Shown here: positions 38,100 to 51,859 of the stretch, piece by piece
How the letters are laid out: the number at the start of each line of letters is the position of its first letter
Position numbering within the stretch: the first letter of the stretch is position 1
Assembly: GCA_030390025.1 (NCBI GenBank)
Contig: CM059433.1
Coordinates: forward strand, 21,888,001-21,952,000
From: Squalus acanthias
Lineage: Eukaryota
Reading direction: 5' to 3'
DNA: 64,000 nt
The notes under the pieces: model-generated
Database searches by the model: none
What the model was told of the DNA's origin: nothing
The model's input: the letters and a program-made list of their open reading frames with translations, nothing else
Program-made: the position numbers and the translations under genes

Positions 38100-41007
38100 A
38101 GTGGTCCAACTGTGGCTAACAAGAGAAGTTAAAGATAGTTTTAGATCAAAGGAAGAGGCTTATAATGCTGCCAAAAAGAGTAGTAAGCCTGAGGATTGGG
38201 AGGATTTTAGAATGCAGCAAAGGAGGACCAAGAAATTGATAAAGGGAAAATAGAATATGAGAGTAAACTAGCAAGAGACATAAAAACAGACTGTAAAAAC
38301 TTCTATAGGTATGTAAAAAGGAAAAGATTAGCAAAAGTAAATGTGGGACCCTTACAGGCTGAGACAGGAGAAATTATAATGGGGAATAAGGAAATGGCAG
38401 AAAAATTAAACAAATACTTTGGGCGCGATTTTGCAAATGGATGCGGCTGGGGAACGGGTCAGCTGGTTTCCGGGTTCCAGTCCCACCCCCAACTGCATCC
38501 GGCCAACGGACGTGATTTTACGTCGATTGGCCTTGTTAAGCCCACCCTGCGGACTTGCCGGCCAATTAAGAGGAAGCCAGTCAGATGACGTCATTTGATG
38601 ACGCGTCATCTGCCGGTTTTCTTAAAAGGGACCATGCAAAATTTTTCTTTCACAGCTCATTTCTCAGTGTTTGACAGCATTGAGGTGCTGCAAACACTGA
38701 CAATGACTGTTCACAGGTGAGCTCTTGCACCCAGGCTCTCCAGTGACTCCCTCCATAGGCTAGAACAGATGGCAGCTGCAGGTGAGGTTACATGAGCGAT
38801 CTGGCACTGGTGAGAGAGGTTCTCCCAATGTGGTGGGACTAGACAGCCAATTCAAAACTTGTTACCTACAGAAAAATGTAAATGCATTAAAAATGATTTT
38901 CCCAATATTTCCTTACCTCTGAAACTCACCAGTGCACCATTGGATCCTTCACACCACTTCTGCAGATGTCATCAATGCACAAACATTACAGCAGACTCAC
39001 AACACGCCACACTTACCTGGCGTGGTGTCCGGACGTTGGGGAACCCAAGGCAGAAGCAGCAAAATTGAAAAAGAGCCTGTTAACAAGTATCAAGTACCGG
39101 TTAACAGCCAGGTAAGTGGCTATAATTCTCTTCCCGCCACTAGGTGTCGGGTCCATGCACAAATCGGGGACCCGACACTTGGGAAGATTGATTGGAGGCG
39201 GGTTGACAGCGGGTTTCCTGCCCGCTGTCAATCTTTGCCATTTTGACAGCGGTCCCGCCTCCAATCCCGCACTCTGAGGACCGGCAAAATTCCAGCCTTT
39301 GTGTCTGTTTTCATGGAAGAAGATGCAAAAAACTTCCCGGAAATAGAGGACAATCAAGGGTCTAGCGAGAATGAGGAACGGAAAGATATTAGTATTAGTA
39401 AAAAAGTAGTACTGGAGAAATTAATGGGACTGAAAGCCGATAAATCCCCTGGACCTGATGGCCTCCTTTGAAGGAGTTGGCTATAGAGATAGTGGATGCA
39501 TTGGTTGTCATTTTCCAAAATTCCATAGATTCTAGAACGGTTCCCGCGGATTGGAAGGTAGTAAATGTAACCCCACTATTTAAGAAAGGAGGGTGCGAGA
39601 AAACAGGGAACGACAGACCAGTTAGCCTGACATCAGTCGTAGGGAAAATGTTAGAATCTATTATTAGGGATGTAGTAACAGGGCACTTAGAAAATACTAA
39701 TAGGATTGGGCAGAGTCAACACCGATTTTTGAAAGGGAAATCGTGTTTGACAAAACTGTTGGAGTTTTTTGAGGTTGTAACTAGCAGAATAGATAAGGGA
39801 GAACCAATGGATGTGGTGTATTTGGATTTTCAGATGGCATTCAATAAGGTGCCACACAAGAGGTTATTAAACAAAATTAGGGCTCATGGGATTCGGGGTA
39901 ATATACTAGAATGGATTGAGGATTGCTTAACGAACAGAAAACAGAGAGTAGGAGTAGGAATAAACGGGTCATTTTCAGGCTGGCAGGCTGTAACTAGTGG
40001 GGTACCGCAAGGATCAGTGCTTGGGCCTCAGCTATTCACAATCTACATCAATGATTTGGATGAGGGGACCAAATATAATATATCCAAGTTTGCTTATGAT
40101 ACAAAGCTGGGTGGGAATGTACGTTGTGAGGAGGATGCAAGGAGGCTTCAAGGGGATATAGACAGGCTAAGTGAGCAGGAACATAGCAAATGGAATATAA
40201 TGTGGAAAAATGTGAAGTAATCCACTTTGGTTGGAAAAATAGAAAAGCAGAGGATTTTTTAAATGGTGAGAGATTGCGAAATATTGGTGTTCAGAGGGAC
40301 CTGGGTGTCCTTGTACACAAATTACTGAAAGTTAACATGCAGGTATAGCAAGCAATTAGGAAAGCAAATGGTATGTTGGCCTTTATTACAAGAGGATTTG
40401 AGTATAAGAGTAAAGACATCTTACTGCAATTATATAGGGCCCTGGCGAGACCAGACCTGGAGTATTGTGTACAGTTTTGGTCTCCTTACCTAAGGAAGGA
40501 TATACTTGCCATAGAGGGAGTGCAACGAAGGTTCACCAGACTGGTTCCTGGGATGGGGGGATTGTCCTATGAGGAGAGATTGAGTAAATTAGGCCTATAT
40601 TCTCTAGAGTTTAGAAGAATGAGAGGTGATCTCATTGAAACATACAAAGTTCTTACAGGGTAGATGCAGGAAGGATGTTTCCCCTGGCTGGGGACTCTAG
40701 AACTAGGGGTCACAGTCTCAGAATAAGGGGTCGGCCATTTAGGACTGAGATGAGGAGAAAGTTCTTCACTGAGAGGGTGGTGAATCTTTGGAATTCTCTA
40801 CTCCAGAGGGCTGTGGAGGCTCAGTTGTTGAGTATATTCAAGACAGCGATGGATAGATTTTTGAATATTAAGGAAATCAAGGGATATAGGGATAGTGCAG
40901 GGAAGTGGAGATGAGGTAGAAGATCAGCCATGATCTAATTGAATGGTGGAGCAGACTCGAAGGGCCGAATGGCCGACTCCTGCTCCTATTTCTTATGTTC
41001 TTATGTT
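38100..41007 (+). mobile_element. CR1 LINE, long 5'-truncated copy with RT domain
   Basis: ORFs 39468-40220, 40373-40663 and 40675-40914: [61 protein letters not shown] (catalytic D to Y). (TTCTTATG)n tail. Confidence 0.93.
38421..39297. mobile_element. Harbinger-type MITE nested in CR1
   Basis: Ends GGGCGCGATTTTGC / GCAAAATTCCAGCC. CR1 reads aaatacttt|…|tttgtgtctg, giving TSD TTT. Confidence 0.8.
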
Positions 41008-41554
41008 CTTTCACTTTACTCAAAGGGAATATGGAAGTATTCTCCCCTCACTGCAGACTCCGTTGCTAGACTGTAAAACAAATGAGATTATTCAGTTTTT
41101 CGACTGTGGAGCTATGCTCACTTGGAGCTGAGGCTGTCACATTAATTTGTCCCAGGACTCTAATAGCAAATAGAGGAAGGAAACCTTTATTCCAAATATC
41201 TGAGCTGGATTCAAATACAGATACCCAGAGGTGACCCATAATGTCACCCTGACCCTAAATCAGCAGCCAAGTATTTTGATATTCTATTTGTTTTAGTTCA
41301 GCCATTCTATTATCAATGGCTATTAACCTGCTGGTTTGAATGTTAGTAAGTTACGTATACTTCTTTGGCCTTTTTGACTTCATATATGTGGTATATTGTT
41401 TTATTGCTGCTGTTTTCTTTTGTGCACATTAAAATATTTGTATTCTTGTTTTCGAGGAAGATCACTGTCTAGTATTCTATTTAATCTCAGCTGTCCTTCA
41501 CGCAGATAATTGTCCATAATATATTGTATGAAATCTTCAACTGTAAAAATATCA

Positions 41555-42000
41555 GTTGTCAGCCATGGCTGAGTCGGTAGCAACCTCGTCTCTGAGTCAG
41601 AAAGTCATGGTTTCAAGCCCCACTTCAGAGACTTGAGCACATAATACAGCTTGTCACTCCAGTGCAGAAATTAAGAAATGCACTCTCCGAGGTGCCATCT
41701 TTTGGATGAGTCGTTAAACCAGGGCCCTGTCTGCCATCTCAGGTGGATGCAAAAGATCCCATGGTACTTTTCGAGGAAGAACAGGGGAGTTCTCCCAGTG
41801 TCTGGCTAACATTTATCCCTCAGCCAACATCACTGAAACATATTACTCATCATTTACTTCATTTTTTTCTTGTGGGACCTTACTCTGCACAAATGATTTG
41901 TCACGTTTCCCTACATTCGAAAATTGGCTGCGAAATGCATTGGGACGTCCTGCGGTCACGAAAGGCACTATACCAATGCACGTTTATTTATTCTTTATTA
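41555..42000 (+). mobile_element. DeuSINE (SacSINE1-like)
   Basis: tRNA-like head (tggctgagtcggtagc…ggtttcaagccc), Deu core, tail aaaggcactatacc. Confidence 0.8.
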
Positions 42001-42212
42001 CTTAATAATAAAAATCACAAGCAGCCAATGCAAAATAAGCCTGTGTCAGTAAAGTAGAGGTAATTTCAAAATGATCTTGCCAAGGATGTTCTGACAAAAA
42101 TCATGAAATGGTTCTTGCATTAACTTACGTTGGAAAGGAATATATTTTGAATAAAGCACAGTTAGTTAGATTAATTGTTAAGTAAGTGATTCAAACCACA
42201 TTTATTTTCCAG

Positions 42213-42293
42213 CCTATTGGCTCAAGAAGTGTCAGCCACCCCCAGTTGTTCCTTTGGCTGTAATACTGACCGAAGATGAAGACTATGAAATAG
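42213..42293 (+). CDS. CSMD1: CSMD1 coding exon (Sushi/CCP, first part), phase 1-1
   Basis: Acceptor tttattttccag| and donor |gtaaga. Translates (A)YWLKKCQPPPVVPLAVILTEDEDYEI(G). Confidence 0.93.
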
Positions 42294-42716
42294 GTAAGAG
42301 CAAGTATCATTGATCCATTTATTTTGCAGATATTTATTGTGCATTGACTCATAGATGTTTCCCTAAGTTATGTTTTCTGATCTGATGCTCACTGCCTAAT
42401 TTCCTCAATTACTACAAGATAGAAATTTAACTGCATATCTGGTGAAGTGAAATCAAATACATTTGATTTATCACTGATTTAAAAAAAAAATAGATTTTGC
42501 TTGGATGTTCCCTGGAGCCAGGGTTCCAAAGGCTTAATATATTTGCCCAATACATGCCGTCTCTGCATCATAGTAAACTTTAAAAAGAAAATATGGCTTG
42601 CTTGCTACTTTTTATGAAAACAATTTTGAGAAAAATTCAACATAAAAAATAAGCTTGACTTGAAAAGTTGCTCAGTTTGCATGATCAAACTAAAATGAGG
42701 CCTGACCACGATAAGA

Positions 42717-43134
42717 AGTTTTCGGCCTTGTCTCAGTGCTAGCTCTCTAGCCTCTGAGTCAAACGATCGTGGGTTCAAGCCTCACCCCAGAGACTTGAGC
42801 GAATAATCCAGGCTGACATTCCATTGCAGTGCTGAGGGAGTACTGCACTGTCAGAGGTGCCGTCTTTCAGATGAGATGTTAAACCAAGGTGGATGTAAAA
42901 GATCCCATGGCACTATTTGAAGAGGAATATTTATCCCTCAACTAGCACCTAAAAAAAAAATGATCTGGTCATTTATTTAATTGCTGTTTGTGGACTGAGC
43001 TGTGTGCAAATTGGCTGCCACATTTCCTATATTAAAACAGTGACTACATTTCAGAAGTACTTCATTGGCTGTAAAGCACTTTGGGATGTCCTGAGGTCGT
43101 GAAAGGTGCTATATAAATGCAAGTTCTTTCTTTT
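42717..43134 (+). mobile_element. DeuSINE (SacSINE1-like) ending at the CSMD1 acceptor
   Basis: tRNA head with B-box ggttcaagcc, Deu core, tail gaaaggtgctatataaatgcaagttctttctttt ending 6 nt before exon 43141. Confidence 0.88.
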
Positions 43135-43140
43135 ATAAAG

Positions 43141-43254
43141 GTGATATCGTCAGGTACCAGTGCCCTCCTGGATTCACACTAGTTGGCAATGACCTCATGA
43201 CTTGCAGACTGTTAGCACAACTGCAGTTTGAAGGGACACCACCAGCCTGTGAAG
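43141..43254 (+). CDS. CSMD1: CSMD1 coding exon (Sushi/CCP, second part), phase 1-1
   Basis: Acceptor ttctttcttttataaag| and donor |gtaagt. Translates (G)DIVRYQCPPGFTLVGNDLMTCRLLAQLQFEGTPPACE(A), completing the four-Cys Sushi pattern. Confidence 0.93.
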
Positions 43255-43434
43255 GTAAGTAAATAAAACATGGAGCTGCAATTTCTTTTCAAAATCAGCT
43301 ACAATTTGTCCATTAAGCAGAATGGGTAAATAGGGCAGGGCGGTGGGAGGGGAAAATCCACACCATAAGTCAGAGTCTGAGAAACAGACCAGCAAGACAT
43401 ATGGGCAGGGTGGGGACCGTTACCCAGAAAGGAG

Positions 43435-44525
43435 TTCTGTGCACAAATGCATGTAGCGTGAAAATTAAAACAAGTGAATTCGAAGCACAAATTCAACTAA
43501 AGGTTATGATGTAGTAGCCATTACAGAGACCTGGCTACAATCGGAGCACGACTGGGAGCTAAATATTCCAGGCTACAGATTCTTTCGAAATGAGAGGGAA
43601 ATTGGGAAAGGAGGAGGGATAGTAAACTTGATAAAAGACACAATTACCGCAGTAGAAAGAAGGGTTTTCAGGAAGGGTGATCGGGTAATGGAAACACGTG
43701 TAGAGTTAAGGAATGGGGCAGGATGCAAGAGTCTGGTAGGAGTTGTCTACAGACCAAGTGATGTAGTGTGGGATGTATAAATACGGCATCAGGGAAGTAT
43801 ATAGAAAAAAACAACATGGTTGTAATGTGAAATTTTAATTTTCACATAGACTGGGAGAAGCAAAACAGCTCAAGTAATAAAGGCAATGCATTTCTCGAAT
43901 GTATTCGGGACAGTTTTCTATATGTTTTAGAACCGTCAAGGGAACAGGCCAGATTGGAGTTCGTGACAAACCAGAATTAGGTAACAATTTAATAGTAAGA
44001 AAGCATCTTGCAAATAGTGACCATAATACGATTGAATTTGATATTAGGTTTGAGGGAGAAGGGAAAGTCACAAACCAAGGTATTAAATTTAAGTGAGGCA
44101 AACTTCGAATATTAGCCTTTATCTCAAGGGGGTTGGAATACAAAAGTGAGGAAGTGATGTTTCACTTATATAGACCATTGGTCAGACCCTATCTGGTGTA
44201 CTGCGTTCAGTTTTGGACACTGTAGCTCAGGAAGGATATATTGTCCTTGGAGAGGGTAGAGTGTAGATTCACTAGAATGATACTGGAGTTTAAAGGGTTA
44301 CATTAAGAGGACAGGCTGCATAAACTTTGTTTGTATTCCTTTAAGTCAAGAAGGTTGAGGGGGTGATCAAATCAAGTAATTTAAAATGATAAAGAGGTTC
44401 AATAGGGTAGATACAGAGAAACTATTTCCTTTGGTGGGGGATTCCAGAACAAGGGGACATAATCTTAAATTTAGACCTAGGCCATTTAGAAGTGAGATCA
44501 GGAAGCGCTTTTTCACATAGAGAAG
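43435..44525 (+). mobile_element. Internally deleted CR1 (APE endonuclease remnant joined to ORF2 C-terminus)
   Basis: YDVVAITETWLQSEHDWELNIPGYRFFRNEREIGKGGG and LANSDHNTIEFDI, then an abrupt switch near 44105 to C-terminal CR1 sequence. Confidence 0.8.
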
Positions 44526-44689
44526 AGAGATCCACATTTTCTACTCTTGATAGCAAGAACCATACAGTGACAGGTGAAACCTTGGCACTGTCATTCCTGA
44601 AACAAGTGAAACTCAGATACAGTTTCAGGTAAAAATTATGGATATGGCCTTCTGAAAATCATTTTTTCTCTTCAGTGATTTAGCAATAA

Positions 44690-44917
<228 letters not shown>

Positions 44918-46558
44918 TGAACTGTAAGAAATTTTTAGCAATAGATACGTTAATGAAATAATTTTTGTTGAGTGCAACTAAAAATGAGTAATACCTTGAA
45001 GCGGTCTGGTAGAACAGGCTGTGGAGTTACTAGCCTAGACATTCGATGATACTGCGCTCGCTTTATAAATGGATGCAAAAGCATTCAATATGGCAGGCAG
45101 CAGGCGTGCGCACATTCTGAGGCATTAGTGTGCCGCTCACCATATTGGTATAGGCATCAGAAGTGACATCCAGGGTCTGCACCTGAAATGGGCATTAGGC
45201 CCTTTGCATATGCAAATAAGGGGCCTAATGCCTGTTTGATGCCCTCTATACAAAATTGTTTTGCCCTGAATGTGATCTACATGTGGACTAACCAATGGGA
45301 CAGCTGCAGGCCACCACCAAAAAGGTAGATTTTGTAAAATGTACTTAGCTGAATGTGGAGTTGCAATGCTCCTCCTGGCTTCACTGCCACTCCAGAAACT
45401 GTTGCTGCCTTCCACTCTGCTCCCCTCCCGATCGCCCCCCTCCATCTCCCGATCACTATCCCCCCCCCACCCCCCATGATTGTTTTCCCTGTCCCGAGAC
45501 TTACCTGAGGGTCGCTAGCAACGACCCAAAGCTTCAATCCTCTTTACCGGCGATCTGCCTGTGGACACCCAGCAGCTCATCAGACTGATGTAAATGAGGC
45601 TCGAAGCCCAATATCAGCCCTTAGGCCTACCCATTCCGATGCAGGAATCATTCCCTGCACCCAGTTCGCAGCGGCAGGCTGGCACCAACCAGTTTCTAAG
45701 CCCCTGTCTGCCAATTAAAACATTTTGGTTTGAGTTCTTGGACTGTCACTGACAGCTACTTGCCCCTCTGTTCTTGTCAAGACAGCTAGGTGAGACTTCA
45801 CTCCACTGAGAGACACTCGTGTTGAGGGAGAGAGGGACTGACCTAGGTTACCCTGCTGCTGGTGGATACCGTGTTAACTGATCATGGCTATGGCATTGAG
45901 AAGATTCACAGCTGAGATTGTGGGATAGGCTGTAGACAGGCTTTAGGCAGCTCCGGCAAGAGAATTAAGGGGAAAACACAAAGGTTGCAGATCAGTTATT
46001 GGTTAGCCCTACTGTGCCAAAGTAAAAAGAAAAATGGAAAATATATTTGCATGTCTTTGATACTGTGGAATTTATCTTACTACTTCATTCTTCCATCACC
46101 TACAAGATATAACAAAACTGAATGGTTTGATGGGGGTCAGATAATGTTTCTTTGAAGGTGTGCATCCACCTTTTGGTGATAGCAATTCAGATCCGTGCCC
46201 GCAAGGAAACAATTAATTTACAATTTAGCATGTTCATTTACTAAAGTATTAAAGAGATAGCAATTTTGAAATTAACAGATGTTATTATTTCATGGAAAAT
46301 TAACTTTTATTCAAATTGCAAGTACTCCTCACACACCTTAAAACAATTTGCATTAGTTTAACTCAGCCATTGTGCAACACATTTCTACACATTTCCATCT
46401 TATCTTCCGCCTTTATTTTCAGTCTAAGTCTAGTAATGGATGCTGTTGATGGCACCAGGTGTATTACAAATGGTGGGGCTTTCTTACTAGTTTGGGTCAC
46501 AGTACGCCCCGTCTTCCTAGGGCTTGTGAAAGGAATGTGGCAGTACACTACGTATATA

Positions 46559-46941
46559 CAGTAAACTCTTTCGTATCCGGCACCGACGGGACCGGGATGG
46601 TGCCGGTTGATCAGAAATTCCGGATAACGGGGAGGTTTATCTACCGAGGCTATTTTTAACAAACAAAAAGAAAAAATCAAGAAATGTACAGTATAATTGG
46701 GTACTCGGCAACATTGCCTGTGTATTGAGGTTTCGGATCGGAAGAGACTTCCGACAGCACCAAGATGCCGAGTAGTGGCGGTTTGGAGAACTACCCCCAC
46801 TGACTAACTCGGCCACCGCGGGAAACTCGGACTCGGACTCGGCAACATTTCCGATTATTGAGGTGTTGTTTTCTGAGTATCATTTTGCCGGTTATTAGAG
46901 AATTCCGGATAATTAGGTGCCGTTTAAACGAGAGTTTACTG
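46559..46941. mobile_element. Tc1/mariner (pogo/Tigger-like) MITE, 383 bp
   Basis: TIRs CAGTAAACTCTTTCGTATCCGGCACC / GGTGCCGTTTAAACGAGAGTTTACTG with TA on both sides. Confidence 0.88.
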
Positions 46942-47174
46942 TATTTCATTCCTAGCTTTTCATGGAAGCTAAAATGTACATACAATTTAAGTGATGTGCA
47001 GTACAGTTGCTAGAAGAGCAAAGCTTTCATCTATCAAGAGATGTACCTTTTAATAGTCTAGCAGGAGCTTCGGAACTGTAACTTCGGAACTGTATTTTCG
47101 GATTCTTCAGAATTTCTGTGCTGCGGACCAAACATCTATAACGAGTTCATTCATAGCTGTTTCTTATCTAATAG

Positions 47175-47321
47175 GACCCACAGGTCAAAATCGACTATTG
47201 ATTTCTCTCAGTGGAAATCACACGGGACAAATTAATGTTACAAGCACAGGAAGACAACTGTATTTACGCTGGTCAACTGATCATGCAACCAGTAAAAGGG
47301 GATTCAAAATCCGATACACAG
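47175..47321 (+). CDS. CSMD1: CSMD1 coding exon (CUB domain, C-terminal half), phase 1-1
   Basis: Acceptor tttcttatctaatag| and donor |gtacgg. Translates (G)PTGQNRLLISLSGNHTGQINVTSTGRQLYLRWSTDHATSKRGFKIRYT(A). The QLYLRWSTDHATSK.GFKIRY motif is CSMD1-type. Confidence 0.94.
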
Positions 47322-47949
47322 GTACGGAACTGTAATTTACTGCCTTACAATTTTATTTTTAGGATTTAAGATTCTGGTTAAAGTATGTACATTTGTCAGT
47401 AGGAACTGTGGCCATATAAAAATACTAAAATATGTCCAGTAAGTGTTTGTAATCCCTTCTGTTCTGCTAGTGTACTGGAGCCTTTTGAGATATCATAAAG
47501 TGGAAATATCTTTCTTCACATGCAATTTTCTTCACTTCCCTCCACATGCTGCTGATTCACACTGGGCTGCTCTTTCACTGGTTGACATGTTCGACTGCAG
47601 GGCATCACACCCAAGCCCAATGCTATCGTGCCTACATGTGCACACACGACGCACACTTTCTACCAGAATAGCAGGAACCCTGGCAGACTTCTCCCCTCCC
47701 CAAACCTGGGGCACTGAGGCTGTTGCTCATCGAGATCAGCACAGTTTGGATCTTTCCTGGTCTGCACAGCTCAATTTCATACTCAGTTATACACCTATCA
47801 ACCATTGGGAGATCTTCAATTGAAATAATTTTTGGCAATAAAGATTTCCCAATGTATGTCATGAGTATTAGTGAACCACAGACCAGAACTTCCAATTCAA
47901 ATTATACACCAGTCCAGGAGATTACATAGACCTAGATTTATGTTATAGG

Positions 47950-50180
47950 ATACCTACCTGTGATCTCGGTCCCAGCCAGAAACACTTCCAGCTCTTTTTT
48001 GAAGGAATATAACGAATCAACGCTCACTGCACGAGCTGTTAACTTGTTCCACAAGTTTACTATTCTCTGGAAAAGGAAGAACATCCAACCTTGTTCTGCC
48101 CTTATATAACTTGTAAGCGTGACCCCTCGTCCTCCTTAACCTATCTATTGAAATAATTGGTCTACATAAGAACAATCTAGTCCCTTCATTATTTTATAAA
48201 ACTCGCTCAAATCGTCCAGGAGTCTTCCTTCTCTAAAGTATACAGACCCAGCTCTTTGAGCCTATCTGGGTAACTAAGGTGTTTTAATCTAGGAAGTAAT
48301 CTTGTGGCCCTCCTCTGCACCCTTTACAAAGCCTCAATATCCCCCACCAAAGCTGGACAAAGTATTTTAACTGAGGCCTAACCAAGGTCTTGTACAAGGC
48401 TTTGTTTTATATTGAGTTGTCCATTGAATACAACTTTGAATCCTGTTTGTTTAGCTATACCTTCACGGCATTCGCCATGAACCTTTAGTAAGTGATGCAC
48501 TATAACATCCAGGTGTCTTTTTTCACCACTGGCTTTAGTTCTGTTCCCTGTAGAGTGTAAGTATATTCAGCATTTGACCTGCCCACCTGCATAAAACTAC
48601 ACTTTTCTAAGTTAAACATTATTTGCCAAACATGGACCTGTTCTTCCAACACATCAAGATCTGCTTGCAGTAGGTGAGCATTCTCTACAGTCCTAACGCG
48701 CCCATATATTTAGGTGTCATTCGCAAACTTGCAGATCATTTCCACAACACCACATCTAAATCATTAATGAAAATAGTAATAACACCCCCGGCTTCTTTTC
48801 TCTACTGCAAACCGTCTTCTTAAACCCCTCTCTCCTGCCTCACCCTCCTCTCCAACAAGTGTGAGGACTTCATGGACTTCTTTGTCACTAAGATTGAGAC
48901 TATCCGTTCAGCTGCCTCTGCTGCTTCCCTCCTTTCTCCATGCCCACCGGGCCAAACTTCCTGTAAGTTTCCCCCTGCTCTAGCCCTGAACTCTCACCTT
49001 TGTCTAGTTTCTCTCCTATCTCTCCTCATGCCCTCTCCGAGCTCATATCCACATATCTACGCCATCACTAAGACGCCTACTTCAATCTCTGTAACATCGC
49101 CCGACTCCGCCCCGCCTCAGCTCATCTGCTGCTGAAATCCTCATCAATGCCTTTGTTAGCTCTAGACTTGACTATTCCAATGCACTCCTGGCCGGCCTAC
49201 TATCTTTCACCCTCCATAAAGTTAAGGTCATCCAAAACTTTGCTGCCCGTATCCTAACTTGCACCAAATCCCGTTCACCCATCACCCCTGTGCTCTCGGT
49301 TGAGCAACGCCTCGATTTTAAAATTCTCATCCTTGTTTTCAAATCCCTCCATGGCCTTGCCCTTCCCTATCTCTGTAACCTCCTCCAGCCCTACAACCCT
49401 CCGAGATTTCTGCACTCCTCCAATTCTGGTCTCTTGCACATCCCCGATGTTAATCGCTTCACCATTGGTGGCCGTGCCTTCAGCTGCCTTGGTCCTAAGC
49501 TCTGGAATTTCCTCCCTAAACCTCCCCACCTCTCTAACCTCTCTTTCCTCCTTTAAGACACTCCTTAAAACCTACCTCTTTGACCAAGCTTTTGGTCGCC
49601 ATCCCTAATATCTATTTTTTATTCCTTCATGCGATGTGGGCGTTGCTGACAAGGCCAGCATTTATTGCCCATCCATTATGTGGTTCGTGTCAAATTTTGT
49701 TTGATAACGCTCCTGTGAAGTGCCTTGGGATGTTTTACTATGTAAGGGTGCTATATTAATACAAGTTGTTGTTGTTGTTGTAAATAGCAGAGGTCCTAAC
49801 ACTGATCCCTGCGGGACACCACTGGTAACCGGTCTTCAAGCAGATCTAAATCCATTGACTACAACTTTCTGCCTACGGGCAATCAGCTAGTTCTTAATCC
49901 ACTGCAGCAGATTACCACTAATTCCATAAGATTTTATCTTGTAAAGAAGCCTCTTGAGGTACCTTATCAAAAACTTTCTGATAGTCTAGGTAGCCAGTGT
50001 CTCCCAGGTTACCCTCATCAACTACCCTAGTGATTTCTTCAAAAAAATGCAATCAAATTCATTAGACACAGCCTTCTTTTTCAGAAGCCATGTTAGGTGT
50101 CCCTGATAAGGCCTTTCTCTACCTAGTGTTCATATAGGGCATCCCTAACACTTGCTTTGAACATCTTACCCACAACCAAC
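47950..50180 (-). mobile_element. Old CR1-like LINE (RT region) split by an L2
   Basis: Minus strand [16 protein letters not shown] | IFINDLD is interrupted between about 48780 and 49780. Confidence 0.75.
48782..49780 (+). mobile_element. L2 LINE (internally deleted 3' part)
   Basis: FFVTKIETIR, SRLDYSNALL, QRLDFKILILVFKSLHGLALPYL, GGRAFS..GPKLWN, FKTLLKTYLF; (GTT)n tail. Confidence 0.88.
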
Positions 50181-51859
50181 AAGTTAAGTTTTTAAAATAT
50201 TCTTACCTGAATGTGGAGCTGGGAGGAGCCGGATTCAAAGAACAAAGCCCATCGCGGTCTGCTCCCCCCCACCCACCCCCACCCCCCGGATCATCACCGC
50301 TACCTCCCAACCCACTCACCATGCCTTCCCAACCCACTCACCATGCCTTCCCAACCCACTCACCGTGCCTCCCTGATCCGCTCGCCCCTCCCTTCCCGAC
50401 CCAGTGGCCCCACTTATCAACCAAATCCTCCCACTTCCTGACCCATTTTCCCCCCTTCCGGGTCACCCCACTTCCGCACTTACTTGAGGGCTGCTGCTGG
50501 TGTCACAGCGGCCTAATCTTTAATCCCGCTTCGCCGACAAGCTGCCTGTTGCTCTCCGCAGCTCGCCCACTGGATGGAAATGAAACCCGAGGCCCAATAT
50601 TGGGTGCACCTCGGGCCTCACCATTCAGACACAGGAAATAGAATTTCTGGGCCAATGGCTTTCAGGCCGATTTCAATCTGGTGCCAATGATTTTATTTAG
50701 TGTTGGCAAGCCATGTTGTTTTCGTCTTAGCGCTTTATTTGCAGCACACTGCCCCACACATAATCGGAATTCACAATTCCTAAGGTTTGGTACAATGTAG
50801 CATTTCCTTGATTTTTTTTCCTAATAGGGAACAGGGATTTCTTATTATCACTGCGCAACTGTCTGCATGATTTCATCTAGCAGTGGGTCACTTGCACTCT
50901 CCTTAGCTTACCAATGCCTTTCAAGATGTTTGGAACAAGTACATATTTCATCAACAACGCTGCTTTCCTTCACTTTGTTAACTCCATTATGTTTATTCAG
51001 CAACCGGAACTCTCACGCTGTCTGTAGGCTTAGAAGAGACTCAGAAGTGCTCTTCAAAATGCATATTTTATCAGATGTGTCTACTGTATTTACTATTTCC
51101 ATAAAGGTACTGAGCACTGACAGAGGTTTATAGAAGCATAATAAGCTTTTCCTTAGTTTCAGCTTTGAACCAACATTCTGCTCATCAATAATGTTTCTCA
51201 GGCAACCAGAATCCATCACTACTTTATTGGCATGTCTTCAATCTGCAGTGCAGTTGCCACATTTTTACTTGACACAGAAGTTCACCCTTTTCTCCAATTT
51301 TCTCTTACATGAAAGAGATTTTTCTTGATTCTGAACTACTATCAGTTATGTCCTGTGATACATTTCGGGATTTGGTATCATTTTTTTTTGCACTTTTGTT
51401 CACTGCCCAGCTTCTGTAGTTCCATCTCAGCTCTGCTTCTTTGTCATACGCTTTGTTTGCAAGCAGCAGCAACTTGAGATGTGATCCATTTTTCACAGGA
51501 TAGATATGATTGTCCTTTTCCTCAGGTAGATTTGCAACACAAAAGAACTATCAACCCTTGCCTTGAGCTTTTATAACTTTCCATTGATTGATATCTAACT
51601 TTTTGAGAGTGATTTCTGGCTTACCTTCCACTCTGCTTGCTGATAGCTTAATTGACCATGCTTCATTCAGAATACATCCTGTCTCAAAAGCATTTCAGTG
51701 CAACCTCTTTGAAGTGCAACCTTGAATAATTTGCATTTGCAGCTCACCGGCTATATTCTGGAATTGACTCACATTTCACTGTTTACTGTCTTAATCATGT
51801 ACAGTATTGATCCACTGTCTGCCTTTGAGCCCAATAAAGGAGGATGTTCCATACATAAT

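Noticed and set aside
39468..40914. RT ORFs as an active retroelement or novel RT system
   Set aside because: Ordinary CR1: 5'-truncated, frameshifted, FADD changed to FAYD, and interrupted by a MITE.
41555..42800. tRNA genes at SINE heads (also 12277-12365)
   Set aside because: A/B-box-like motifs run straight into SINE bodies with no complete cloverleaf.
46316..46985. ORFs of 64-145 aa around the Tc1/pogo MITE
   Set aside because: They cross the element boundaries and show no transposase motifs.
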